Origin: Octopus vulgaris
Taxonomy: Eukaryota
NCBI GenBank assembly: GCA_951406725.2
Contig: OX597820.1
Span: 38,068,001 to 38,132,000 of the forward strand
Reading direction: 5' to 3'
Length of the DNA stretch: 64,000 nt
In this document: piece by piece, positions 40,616-54,214 of the stretch
How the letters are laid out: each line of letters opens with the position of its first letter
Position numbering within the stretch: position 1 is the first letter of the stretch
The notes under the pieces: model-generated
What the model was told of the DNA's origin: nothing
What the model saw: only the letters and a program-made list of their open reading frames with translations
The model's database searches: none
Position numbers and translations under genes: made by a program

Positions 40616-42086
40616 TCCATCCTTTGCGTTTCTGTTTGTGTTTTACTTGAGCCTGACAACCTGTATTGGTTTGTTTACGCCTCATAACTTAGTGTTCGGT
40701 GGTACTGGAGCCGATTTGTTTCACTAATCCTTTCAATGCGGTATCCCAGCATCGATACATTCCGATGACTAAAGGAAGTAAAAGATAAAAATAATATAAA
40801 TATATATATATACTGGCCTGCTCGCTTAGCCAGCGGGGTGGCGTCATTCGAAGGCTAAAACAATGCGAACGCATTGTGACCAGCGATGTGTAACTACATC
40901 TGATGGACTGGTCGGTCACGTGATGATGGTGATGATATATATATATATATACATACATATACATTTATGTGTGTGTGTTTGTATGTATGTACGTGTGAGT
41001 GTACGTGTGTGTATACACGTGAGCGAGTGCGTGTGGACGCTTTCCTATGTCTTTTCTCTTTATATGTCTTACATAAAATGGTTCATAAAAAAACTAGTAA
41101 GATGTTTAATAAATCACTCTATAAATCAAAATCGATAAAATATATACATAATTGAAGTAAGCACTGGTGTTGATATGTTCGACCGAAACCGAGGCGGAGC
41201 TTGAGTATGTATGGCCTCTCTGAGTAATGACTGAAACCAGTTAAACAATAAAATACGATGACATACAATATTGGCGAAAACATATTGGATAGCATTATGG
41301 ATGTCACGAATGTATTGTCAAAGAGTATATTTCTGTTATATCTGGGTTTCAAAGTACATATATAGTTTTCTTGAGCATGTTAATCGACAGTTCTGATCCG
41401 TGTACCTGGCTGGAGACTATAAAAAAAAGAACGGAGAGATAAAGAACATAGAGTTAAATCTTCTATTGGTTGATTGACATCCTGAAATCGAACATCTGCC
41501 AGCAAGTATTTTGAAAGGGAAGAAGGGAAAAAGAAATATGTTCGTATTTCATTGAAATACTCGATAAAGCATTTCATTAGATTTTCTACAATGGTAGTGA
41601 AGAAATGAAAGGGTGGATCATAATGTGGTCGGGCTAACTGTGTAACTACATCCAATAATTTATATCATACAAAGTCAGCTGAAAATGACTGATCACGCAA
41701 GAAAGCTATTGGTATTTTAATAAACGATGTTGATGTAATTCCCGTCTTTCGTTTTAGCTACTTGCTTAATTAAAAAAAAATACATATGCTTTGCTGTTTG
41801 AAGTGACTGAGATGCTTTTCAAGAAATATAATTAATAACAACATCAATGTTAATAAATTACTTTTGGTTATTAGTTTAAACAAACAAAAGCAAAATTTTG
41901 TTTTAAATGTTTCCGTAAAATATCCCGAGTAGTATCTTTTATTTTGCTTTCTTTCCCTTTAAATTACATGATATTATAAAAAAGAAAATTTAATTTGTTA
42001 AACTAAATATCATTTTCTTGTGAAACGTCTTATGAAATTTCAATGCCAAAATCAAAATGTATAACTTAATTGTAGAATATTTGAAA

Positions 42087-43766
42087 CAACTTCAAACTTA
42101 TAAGCAAAATATACAAGCCTGTTTTCTAATTAGGGAAGCAGCTTTGTAGCATGTTGAAAGACATTCCAAAACCTATACATGTAGAAACCAATTCATTTTC
42201 AAAACCCATAAAATATGCAATGGAAAATCAATAATAACATATCTACGCACATATATGTATTCACACACAAACTAATCAGCGTAGAATCTTATATATTTTT
42301 GATTGACTTGCCACAATTGGCGGTCAAATCTCTCTCCGGTTCAAAAACATGAAAGATTGGGTCCAGGTTGGGATGACATAATCTATTAAACTAATTCATT
42401 GCTTGTAAACAACGGAAACAATGCGTGACAGTATTAATTCGTTCTCTTGACAAAATATAGTACATACGCTGTAACTATTTACAATGTTGTGCCTTTCTGT
42501 TAGTATTTGTAGAAAATAAAGCAATTACGTAGATGAATTCGCATTGACTTCATTAGGACAAAATAAATGGTTTTGGAAAATCTGAACTTCAAAAGGTATT
42601 AATATGGGAGAGTTCTGTTCTCTTGATGGCAGCGTTCGATAAAAGAATGCTTCTTTACGAAGCATCGCGTGTCGAATGATCCTATGTTCTGACGCAGCAA
42701 TGTATGTTATGAGAACTGTTTCTGGGTTACGTTTCCGCTGCAAGGGCCATCAGGGTTATCTTAGGCTGTGAATGATTGGCTATTCTTGTTGATACAGCAG
42801 TCCACTAATCAAAGACGGGTTGAGAATTCAACTATCAATTAATATATGTATACACGCTCTGGTGGTTTTTCTTATAAAGAGAAGAAAATTGATTTTTAAC
42901 AGAGAAATGAGAAAACGAACTAAATATTCATATGATATTATATATGTGTGTGCATGTATGTATATGTGTGTGTATGTGTGTGTGTGTGTGTATCTATGTA
43001 TTTATTATGTCAGGTTATTTTTAATTCAACTTGTAACGTGTAACCCAGTTCAACCTGTCGTATGGTCCGTCCCTTGGCAACTAAACCAGCAAAATTAATA
43101 AGCTTGTTCGGCATGGAGGGCGGTTTTCATTGGACATTCTGCAAGACGAGAAACAAAATCTGTCAAAGAACTCAATATAACAGTTGGAAGTGGGAGGTCT
43201 CTAGCTTTGTTTACTTTGTTTAGACATCTTGCTAGGAGAAAGGAAACATTGCTTGCGTCCAATGTCGAAGACTACTACTTCCCTTTGAGTAAATGGTTAC
43301 GCTCTTTACAGAGTGGATTTGGCTCTATGCAGCGCCTTTCCTCACTTTAAAAACCTTCAGGCACAATCGTCACTTGATTTTTACCAATCTAAATTCTCTT
43401 TATTATGTACTGCATACTCTAGCTGGACCTAGGCGAAAAGTGCAAAACATTCACTTAAATATTCCATGGTGGAATGAAGGCATGTGCCAGTATGGATGAT
43501 AAGCTCCCTGAAAACCTAGTCAATTGTTAAGTATTGACACATTCAATAAGCAAGTGTTATATAAGATTCTACGCAGATTAGTTTGTGTGTGAGTGCATAT
43601 ATGTGCGTAGAAATGTTGTTATTGATTTTCCATTGCATGTTTTATGGGTTTTAAAAATGAATTGGTTTCTACGTGTATAGGTTTTGGAATGTCTTTCAAC
43701 ATGCTATAAAGCTGCTTCCCTAATTAGAAAACAGGGTTGTGTATGTTGTTTATAAGTTTGAAGTTG
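42087..43766. repeat. 209-bp inverted repeat pair (42087-42295 / 43558-43766) with a 1.26-kb spacer
   Basis: Gap-free by-eye alignment, 13 mismatches. Confidence 0.9.
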
Positions 43767-44137
43767 CAAGATTATAACATTCGCTTATGGAATGCGCCGA
43801 TATATATATATAACAAAGTAAAGTTGCAAGATACCGCACTAGTGGAAATATATGTGAAAGAAGGTTTGAAAATGCAATTTTTTATATACATTTTGGAGTC
43901 CCGTTCCGATTACTTTGTTAAATACTTTCTTGTAAACTGTTTTTAACATTTTCTTCTTATTATTATTATCAAAGAATGTATATCTGTATTTTGATACTTT
44001 TGTGATAATCAGTACTTAACACAACAAAGCTCATACAAAGCTTTTCATTTTACTTTTAACAATCGTTTTCTAAAAAAGTGAAGCAGGTCAAGTGAATAAA
44101 CATCTTTAAAATTGCATTTTCAAACCTTCTTTCGTAT

Positions 44138-44433
44138 ATGGCTAAGTGGTTAGGGCAGCGGACTCGCGGTCGTAGGATCGCGGTTTGGATTCCCAGACTG
44201 AACGTTGTGAGTGTTTATTGAGCGAAAACACCTAAAAGCTCCACGAGGCTCCGGCAGGGGGTGGTGATCCCTGCTGTACTCTTTCACCACTCTTTCTCTC
44301 ACTCTTTCTTCTGTTGGCCTGCTCGCTTAGCCAGCGAGGTGGCGTCATTCGAAGGCTAAAACAATGCGAACGTATTGTGACCAGCGATGTGTAGCAACAT
44401 CTGATGTTCTGGTCAGTCACGTGATCACGTGAT
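44138..44433 (+). mobile_element. SINE family C, tail type 2
   Basis: tRNA-like head TGGCTAAGTGGTTAGGGCAGCGGACTCGCGGTC..GGATTCCC and shared body, then a GGCCTGCTCGCTTAGCCAGC...CACGTGAT tail. The tail also occurs alone at 40814-40925. Confidence 0.8.
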
Positions 44434-44436
44434 ATA

Positions 44437-44800
44437 TTCTCTTTTCTCTTTTACTCTTTTACTTGTTTCAGTCATTTGACTGCGGCCATGCTGGAGCACC
44501 ACCTTTTAGTACTTATTCTATCGGTCTCTTTTTGCCGAACCGCTAAGTGACGGGGACGTAAACACACCAGCATCGGTTGTCAAGCAATGCTAGGGAGACA
44601 AACACAGACACACAAACACACACACATATACATATATATACATATATACGACAGGCTTCTTTCAGTTTCCGTCTACCAAATCCACTCACAAGGCATTGGT
44701 CGGCCCGGGGCTATAGCAGAAGACACTTGCCCAAGATGCCACGCAGTGGGACTGAACCCGCAACCGTGTGGTTGGTTAGCAAGCTACTTACCACACAGCC
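44437..44800 (-). mobile_element. SINE family B copy
   Basis: Reverse complement GGCTGTGTGGTAAGTAGCTTGCTAACCAACCAC.CGGTTGCGGGTTCAGTCCC... matching 22100 and 55177. Confidence 0.8.
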
Positions 44801-47800
44801 AATATATATATATATATATATATTGATAGCAGTTTCGTCATTTGGTGAAGAATTCAGATCTGAAATTAAGGATATCTGCAAGGTTGTTAAGACTTTTGAA
44901 TTTGACACGCATAATTTAGATTTTGTATCATTTCTGTACTGTGTGTACCTCTCGATGACCTTCATATAGAATATAGGAGCATGTTCTTTGAGATTCTAGA
45001 CGTAATTGAAAAGTGTTGCAACATTACCCTTTTCGATATTTCTGAAGAAAGGTATACGCTTGAAGTATCACTGTTGAAATTGATCTTCTATCGAATATGC
45101 AACACAAGAAATACCGCATCATAAAATACCAATTCAGGAACGTTACTAAGTGCAAGAAGTTGTTTCTAATATTATGGTAAATGTTCAGAACCCATATGTC
45201 ACGATGTATTATCACTAACGTGCTGTGTGAATCATTCAGGATATACACCCACACATTACATACATATAATAGAAAGATAGTTGACAAAATGGCTACGAGT
45301 TAATAAGGATAAAGCAAATTCAAATACCTTGAGGAGGTCGCTGAAAAATGTCAGCTGTTTTAGGTTTTTGTTAAACAATGTCTAACATCTAACATTTCTT
45401 GTTCGCCATGAAATAAATCAAACTTTTATAATAGGTTATTAAATATGTGCTGATAAAGAAGAGGTGAATGTTGGGAGCAGACGCTCTATGTTGTGAAAAT
45501 GAGTGATGCGACGTTTTTGCTTTTACCAATATCGATTAATACTCTCATAACTTGGACGTGATGTCTTACACAAGCATCATCCGTTGTCTTGCTCTTACCG
45601 TTTAAGCTTCCTTTAGACTATTCGCCATATGCTAATTACAATAGTAGAGAATATTTGGGAATAAATAACTGCTTTTTAGATTCGTAATTTGGCACATAAT
45701 GTTTCACTATAAAAGGTTAAAATTGTGTCTTTAAATTAATAATATTTCATTTTATAGTGTAATTTTCACAACATAACTTCCGAATCTTTAACAGAAAAAA
45801 AAACCTGTTGAAAAGGAAATTAAGAATCATACGATATTTAAACAATGAATATTTATATTACTGTATGATCTTAGGAAAATAAAATATATAATGGCGATAA
45901 TACTAAAGTTAATCACTCAATACATAAGGTAAAAATGTTTTTCAGATACCAAAAGCAACTAGTATTCTATGATTTCCCAGAATGTCCCAACCTAATGAAA
46001 ATATGTAAACTGTTTTCTAAAACAAATATATTAGTCGTCTTATACTGCATTAAATGATTTATTACATATGATGAAAGACTTATAGGATTGTATCAACATC
46101 TAGACACCTCTGGTATCACTACATATATAGTTTGCTCAAAGCTCTTCCGATTCCGCCATCCAGAATAACAATAACAATGGAAGGAATAATCATGGTTCCA
46201 CATTGCATTAGACCAGCAATTTTGAGAAAAGAAGTCAGTTAATTACATCGACCCCAGTGCTCAGCTGGTACTTATATTATCGACCCGGAAAAGATGAAAG
46301 GCAAAGTGGACCTCAGTAGAATTTGAACTCAGAAAGTAAAGGGCCTGAAGAAATATCGATAAACATTTCGTCCCGTGCGTTAACGTTTCCGCCAGGTCGT
46401 CGCCATCAATGGTAATAATATAGTACTAATAATAATGGTTTCAAATTTTGGTTCAAGAGTAAGTGATACAGGAGCGCTACAAAAACTGGAATTGTTACAG
46501 AATCAAGTAAGAAAAAATCCTGCCTCACACACAATACGTTAGCAGGAGGGATTTGCCATTCATGTATCTGAGTGAGGTCTATCTGACGGTGTATCCATGT
46601 CCGTAAATGTTAAGCCCAACGGAAATTGTTTCCGCTTGAAATTCCGTGAGAGGCAGGTACTTCCAGATGTTCATTGCTTTTTTTTGAAAGTCCTCCTGTT
46701 GTAACAACTTGCTTCTTTCTCGCATATGTTAAGAATTTCCTCCTAAAATACACTATCAATCACGATCGCCAATAGCTGTCTATAAAATATAAAACCTGTT
46801 AACTGGTCAGTATTCAACTGGTGGCGAATTGGTTGTGTCATTCAAATGTCGTTTGATAAGGTATTCGGCGCCCCGAGATTGTATCTCACCGAAGTCAATT
46901 TTGCCTTCATCAGTTCGGGCTCGATAAATAGGGCGAACGATTAAGGGAATTATAAGGGCGTCGGACTGACTTACTTGCGGCATCTGTTCCATCTCCTTAT
47001 TTTCTGTCAGCAACACCCTGACAGCACCGGCGCCAAGCTATATCAATCCTTACCTCTCCCTTGGAGAGCATCAGTGGCGTTGAATGAGGAGATTTGCATG
47101 CATAGGTAATTACAGGTCTGTCGTAGAAACATTGCCCTGGTCTACGCAACTGAGAAGAAATTAAAGTATGTAGAAATTCACCTAAAATATAATTAAAATA
47201 TTATGATAAAATTGCATTTCAAAACACAACACTTAGAGCGGCCATTATTTTCGGAGCAACCTAATACCATGATTAAAGAAGTTCTTTTTCTAGGCTGTAT
47301 GGTGAAAAAATGTGAAAAGATAAGCAATTCGAAGGAATGCTGAAGTATGTTGAAAAAAGTTGCGTAGCAAAATTTTAAATGTTTTGTGCAAATGTTTGAG
47401 GAAATCACACTTGTATTGGAAGCGGTAACATCCGGTGTATTGCGTTAGCCATTTTTGAGATATATGGGGTAAAATTCATGCTGCATCCTCTGTCTATAAG
47501 CACCTGTTTATAGTGTGATTGGGCAGTTGGTGTGGTCTTCAATGACGTGTTATCATTTGTAAATCTCTTTATGTAAGTATTTTGCACAATTTTTGATTTC
47601 GTTCAACAATTTTATTCCCTCTCTCTTCCCCACCTCTTCCTTTTATAGTCTACGCTAGCCTTCATTGTTTCTGAAGGGCAACAACTGATTGGAGTCAGGG
47701 GAGTAGCATTGTTTTTTGACTTCTCATCTAGATGAGGAAACATGATTTTTGATTCTGTTCGAAGTTACAACTTCTACTATAACAGGCAATGCTGTTGGAT

Positions 47801-49403
47801 CTGCGGTTCTTGCTGTATCCACTACTCTTTACCGTTTTTCGTTCTTGTCATCATTGAAAAACGTCTTGAAGTATCCTTTCCTGTTAGTCCTGAAGCAACT
47901 GGACTGGAGTCTCACACTATGCATTACTTTTGTATTCCCAATTACACCAGTGCACAGCTCCATTGTGTCACTGTGATTTTCAGGGTCATTAAACCTTGTA
48001 TGTTCATACTGAGCCCCTCACAACTGGATATTATTTTAAATCATTTTTGCATTCTTTTAGAAACTTGGTAACTAGTGAGGAGACAATGCCAGAACGAACG
48101 CGACTTGAATTTTGCTGATATATTGTACTGATATAAGCCTGTGATTGGGTGTATGTTAACACCAGCTCGGCTTATCACCTCAAATCATTCAAAGACTTAA
48201 AAACAGGCAAACACTTCTGTATACTCTGCAACGGTCCATCCATATTACGTCATCCCAAAACACACGACAAGCTTTCCTTTCCTTGTTTTCATTTTTTCAG
48301 GGTACACTGAACGTAACTCTGTCTTTGGAGAGGTAGAATATTACTTTTTGCTCCTTCTTGGTCAAGTTTCTCATGCTCGTCTCATGTTCAAAACCTGCCT
48401 GTGACTAGAAACGGTAACAAAATTGCTTATATTGCTATGAAAGCTATTCTCAATATTTCCGTTTGGAAAATCACGAGTGTGTTTGTGTACACTACTGTTG
48501 TTGCTATCTTTTGAGTGGATTGGGGAAACAATGCTGTTCCCAAATGTGGCACGAGGATTTTACACTAGTGGACATGTTCATAGACATGCTATTATGCTCT
48601 TCTTTCATAATGAATGAATATCTGTGTACTACTATAAAATTATTTTGTTTATTTAATTTTTTCTTTTGTATTCTGAGTAGTTGCGTTCATTAAAAAAAAC
48701 CCTGCTCTTTGAGGGGATGTCGTTTCCACGTCTCGTAGACATTTTGAGAAAATCTCTTGGTAGACATATTTTTTCTCATAAACTTGAAATAAGTTTAAGA
48801 ACAAAATTCTCAATTCTGTATAAACAGATCTTTAAATCATTGCACAGAAATAAATAGCTAAATATTAAACATTAAATCAACAACATATAAACCAACTGAA
48901 AGCTGCACGTAAACAAGATTTTTCAAGGCAAGATTAAACGAAACTACTACTACTACAGTCCTTTCTATTAGAGACACAATACCTGAAATTTGGAGGAAGA
49001 GCTCAACTGGTACTTATTTTATCGACCCCGAGAAAAAGAAAGACAAAGGCAACCTCGACAACTTTGAACTCAGAAAGTAAATACTGACGAAAAAATCAAG
49101 AATTTTGTTCGGCGTACTAATGATTCTACCAACTCCTCCTCCTCTTCTTCTTCTTCTTCTTCCTCCCCCTCCTCCTCCTCCTCCTCTTCTTCCTCCTCCC
49201 CCTCCTCCCCCTCTTCCTCCTCTTCCTCCCCATCCTCCCCCTCCTCTTCTTCTTCTTCCTCCTCCTCCTCCTCCTCCTCCTCCTAATAATAATAATAATA
49301 ATAAAAATAATAAAAATAGTAATAATAATAATAATGATAAAAATAATAATAATGATAATAATGGTAATAATAATAATAATAATATTAATAATAATAATAA
49401 AAA

Positions 49404-49447
<44 letters not shown>

Positions 49448-49464
49448 ATAATAATAATAATAAT

Positions 49465-50015
49465 AAATGCCCTGATGCAGTACCAGACAGTGGCTCTCAT
49501 CTAATCTTAACTGATTTGAAGTGTTATCATGTACATTGTTTTGTCTCGGTATAAAAGATGGGCTACAGCAAATATTCTGCTCAATACCACAGATTTGCTT
49601 GGCAGTTGTTTGACCGTAACCAGATGAGTATGTCCTTTAGTGGCTGACGATATGTGCATCTCTGATCACGAGCAGAAGTAGTGGGGGAGCATCATAGCCA
49701 TGTGTTAAGAGAGATTATATGGGGTTTGAATAATTCACCTCTGGAAACATGGGTGTTTCGTTCAACTTCCTTAAACAACCCTTATTCAGGGACCTTTTGA
49801 GCGGGATGGGCTATTCGACCAGAAGAAAATCGAATGGGTCCCACATGCAAGGTCATGTGCTGTTTATCTTGATATGAGATCACCATGTCGTGCACATATG
49901 TCTGATGCATGTGCCTGGTGTACCCTTATAAGACGGGTAGTCATGATGGGTATACTGGGCTTTGTATATTTTACCCCATTGTCACTTTAATGGCATGCAT
50001 TGCTCACTCACTCAA
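49465..50015 (+). mobile_element. Unclassified ~550-bp insert flanked by (AAT)n on both sides (possible 3' UTR of an R4/Dong-like microsatellite-targeting LINE)
   Basis: Sharp composition shift with (AAT)n at both junctions; the class is inference only. Confidence 0.3.
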
Positions 50016-50084
50016 TAATAATAATAATTATAATATTATTCTGAATGTAAAACGTCCGTGCACACCATGGATAATAATGTTTTC

Positions 50085-50806
50085 TACAATGGGTACAAGT
50101 TCTGAAATTTTATTCGGGTTGGTGGTGCAGTCGATTACATCAAGCCCAATGCTTAACAGGCACTTAATTTATCGACCACGAAAGGATGAAGGGCAAATTT
50201 GACCTCGGCGGTATTTGAAGTCAAATTGTAAAGACAAACGTTATGCCTCTATGTATTTTGCCTGGCGTGATAATGATTCTACCAGCTTGTCGCCTCAACA
50301 GCAACAACAACAGGAGGCGCAATGGCCTAATGGTTAGAGCAGCGGACTCGCGTCGGAGGATCGCGGTTTCGATTCTCAGACCGGGCGTTGTGTGTGTTTA
50401 TTGAGCGAAAACACCTAGAGTTCCACAAGACTCCGGCACGGGGTGGTGGCGACCCCTGTTGCATTCTTTCGCTCCAACTTTCACTCACTCTTTCTTCCTG
50501 TTTTTGTCCCCGACTTTCTACGCAACCGCTGAGTCTGGATATGCATTCATCCATCCGTCGATGCTCTCGGTGTCGGGGGTTGACCTGCTTTCTCTTCTGC
50601 GGGTCTTACGAATAGCAAAGGACCACGTTTCGTACTTCTTCCACTAGGACGAAGACCGCTACGCTCAACAGCAACAGCACAGCAGCAACAACAACAACAG
50701 CAGCAGCAACAACAACAACAACAACACCACCACCGCCACCACCACCACCACCAACAACACCACCGCCACCACCACCACCACCCACAACAACACCACCGCC
50801 ACTACC

Positions 50807-50838
<32 letters not shown>

Positions 50839-51370
50839 CACCACCGCCACTACCACCACCACCACCACCACCACCACCAACACCAACAACAACAACGACG
50901 ACGACGACGACGATGGCGATAATAATAATAATGGTTTCGAATTTTGCCACAAGGGCAGCATTTTCGGGGAGGGTTGAGTCGATTATATCGACGACAGTGT
51001 TCAACTAGTACATATTTTATCGACCCCGAAAGGATAAAAGGTAAAGTCGACCTCGGCGGAATGTGAACTCGAAACGTAGTGACGGGCGAAATACCGCTAA
51101 TCATTACCAGTGCGCTGCGTTAACGTTCCTACCAGCTGGCCGCCTTAATAATAATCATTTCTACTATAAGCACAAGGCCTGACCTTTTTGGGGAGGGGAC
51201 CAGTCGATTACATCGATCCCAGTGTTTCATTGGTACTTAATTTATCTACTCCGAAAGGATGAACGGCAAAGTCGACTTCGGCAGAATTTGAGCTCAAAAC
51301 GTAGCGACGGGCGAAATACCGCTAGGCATTCCGTCCATTGCGCTAACGTTCTTGCCAGCTTGCCGCCTTA
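50085..51370 (-). mobile_element. Cluster of three SINE family A copies (about 50085-50295, 50930-51145, 51160-51370) surrounding a SINE C insertion
   Basis: Repeated CGACCCCGAAAGGATGAAAGGCAAAGTCGACCTCGGCGGAATTTGAACTC-like core. Further family A copies at about 38360-38565, 46210-46410, 48960-49130 and 55730-55910(+). Confidence 0.75.
50313..50665 (+). mobile_element. SINE family C, tail type 3
   Basis: Same head and body as 53388 with a different 3' tail (CCCGACTTTCTACGCAACC...GAAGACCGCTACGCT); flanked by CAACAGCAACA direct repeats (TSD-like). Confidence 0.8.
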
Positions 51371-51392
51371 ATAATAAAATGGATAATAACGG

Positions 51393-51432
<40 letters not shown>

Positions 51433-53387
51433 AACAACACTGTAGTCACATACCTATATTGCAATCATAAAAACCGCAGATTATCAAACCAACTGGCTCA
51501 GAATACTCTCCACTTTTATTCAGTGTTCGTATTGCGTTATTGACGTTTTTCTTTTTAAATCCCATAGGATGAAAAATAAATTCAGGAGGAGGAATTGAAG
51601 TTGTTCCATATATTTTTATTAGGCTTTTCCATGACCTTCTTCTAATGTCAAAAATCAATTTTTAAAATCGAAGCTCGTTTATGAGCCTCGTTCCAACGAC
51701 ATTGCACAGTGTTTCTGGGCAACGGCACTCAACGTCACCATATTGAATTGCTTTCAATATATTACATGAAGCAGAAATCTGTAGCGGAGCTCTAATATCT
51801 TAAAAGGTTAAGATATTTACAATCACAATTCTGTTTCCAGCTCTGGATTTTAGTGGATTACTGATTTTAAGGCGATTTTTTTCTGTGTTCAATTAATCTA
51901 GTCAGTTAAATTTCGTTCGCTTTTTAAGGTATAAAGAAATAAACAGAACACTGAAATAAAACGAAAATATGGCAGCTTTCTTGTTGCTCCGCTCAAATCA
52001 GAATTCATATGATAAAGAAAAATTTATCAAAGAGCAGAAAAGTTATAAATCATATAAAAACATATTGAAAGCAAAAATAAAAAAAGGACAAAAATTAAAA
52101 TAATTTTCTATTCATAGAAAGATGCAACATCACACACGATGATCTTTTCACTAAAATAGTCACTGATGTAATTCCCCTAAGATGCATGATTGCAACAAGT
52201 GATGCGGCTATTTCGAATTCAAATTCAGTAAAAGTGATTCGGGATGTTAAATAATTTAATTATTTGTTGATGCGTGTCTCCAGATTCAGAAATCATTCAT
52301 GCATATCACTTCAAACTATTCTTACATCATTGCATGATATAAAAAATCAAAGAAACTTTTCTTTTTATAAACAACTTTTTTTCTGTTATTATTAAAATAA
52401 TTTTTTCTTTATAGACTTACTTTTGAAGTATGAAAGATATTTCTGAGACTGATACAAAAAGTAAACTTTTTTGTCAATCGAGTGCTGAATTAATGGACCA
52501 CATATTCTATGGACGGATGTCTTGCGTTGTGCTTTCAGTGGCAATCAATAGAATTTGAACTCATGTCACTGAGAGGTAGGATAAAAACTAGTACTCCTTC
52601 ATTTTTGTCACTCTACCGCCTTTCCGCCTTTGATTATTTCTAACATTGGCACAAGGCTATAAATGTTGGACAACACAGTGGATTAAAACGATACTAGTAT
52701 ATTAGTGGTAGATTTTCACCAACATGAAAAAATGAAAGAAATACATTCGGGATTTGAAATTTGAAATTAGAACATCAAGGATTGTGACTAAATATCTTGA
52801 CGCTTATGGTATTCTATGGCCTTTATATGTTAAATGAAATTAATATCCTATATCTTAACCAAGTCACATGCACCAGGGATTGAATCGATTAATAAAAAAA
52901 GCATGGCAAAGATAAAAAAGTGGGTGAGGCTGACAAGGGAAGAGGTAGTAAAATTTCATGCTTGAATTACGTAGAAAATTAATTTTAAGAAGAGACGACG
53001 AAGTATGCAAGAAAGAGAGTAAGACAGGGGAGAGGAAGTAGTACGGTATACGGGAGGGTTAAGGAGCTTAAATATTCTTGCTCTATCGTTTATATCATTA
53101 ATATATGAAGCTCGAAAAGGAACATTATCGAAATTTGTTTTGTCAAAAAAAAAAAATCATTTGGAAGAAAACTAAATTTGTTATCAGCAAAGACTTTCTA
53201 TATGATAATATATAAATTCTCTCCGACGAGATTAAATTCAAAGCTTAGAACGATGAAAGTAGCCGCTGTGCAGCATTTAGTTCAAATTATTGCTATTCCT
53301 ATTAACTCGATCCCTTTTAAATTATTGATTTTCATCCTTTGTCAATCCTACAGAATCTTGGTACTATATAGTGTATTCGAAAACTGT

Positions 53388-53769
53388 GCGGAGACGCAAT
53401 GGCCCAGTGGTTCGGGCAGCGGGCTCGCGGTCGTAGGATCGCGATTTCGATTGCCAGACCGGGCGTTGTGCGTGTTTATCGAGCGGAAACATCTAAAGCT
53501 CCACGAGCCTCAAGCAGGGGTGGTGGTGAACCCTGTTGTACTCTTTCACAACAACTTTCTCTCATTCTATCTTCCTGCTTCTGTTGTACCTGTATTTCAA
53601 AGGGCCAGCCTTGTCATACGCTGCGTCCTGCTGAATCTCCCAGAGAACTACGTTAAGGGTACACGTGTCTGTGGAGTGCTCAGCCACTTGCACGTTAATT
53701 TCACGAGCGGCTGTTTCGTTGATCGGATCAACTGAAACCCTTGTCGTCTTCACCGACGGAGTGTCAACC
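53388..53769 (+). mobile_element. Full-length SINE family C, tail type 1, with a 13-bp TSD
   Basis: ATTCGAAAACTGT at 53375-53387 and 53770-53782; Pol III A box TGGCCCAGTGG and a B-box-like motif. Confidence 0.88.
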
Positions 53770-53965
53770 ATTCGAAAACTGTAATACTTGACTCGAACCA
53801 ACTTGCACAACATTTACTTTACACGAGGCAATGTACACAATTTGCGAGAATTTACCTCCATGAACATTACATATATCAACTTCACCCGGCTTTAAGAGCC
53901 TGCATTTATCGTAGGTACACATCATCATGGTCTGGTCTTCAATATAAATCTATAAATTTACATCG

Positions 53966-54214
53966 TGGAGGCGCAATGGCCCAGTTGTTAGACAGCGGAC
54001 TTGCGGTCGTAGGATCGTGGTTTCGATTCCCAGACCGGGCGTTGTATTTATTGAGCGAAAACACATAAAGACCACGAAGTCCGGCAGGGGGTGGGGATGG
54101 CGAACACAGCTGTACTATTTCACCACAACTTTCACTCTTTCTTCCTGTTGCTGTCGTGCCTGTATTTCAAAGGGCCAGCCTTATCACGATGATTCTCCTC
54201 GAGAACTACGTTAA
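53966..54214 (+). mobile_element. SINE family C, 3'-truncated copy
   Basis: Similar to 53388-53660; it ends where the next inverted-repeat cassette begins. Confidence 0.75.

Noticed and set aside
41170-41250. Further hammerhead-like fragments (GACTGAAACCAGTTAAAC; also TTGATGA..CGAAACCGG at 63485-63510)
   Set aside because: Could not assemble the core plus three stems convincingly; too decayed to call.
46560-46760. Minus-strand FKRKQFPLGLTF resembling a Helitron Pif1 helicase motif; also NRTEDAVLTL near 12900 (RT-like) and a Cys-rich piggyBac-like end near 45140-45260
   Set aside because: Single short motifs without supporting neighbouring motifs; a profile search is needed before calling them.
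53390-53460. tRNA-like sequence (also at 44138, 50313, 53966, 2391)
   Set aside because: These are SINE heads. No complete acceptor stem could be formed and they continue into the SINE body.
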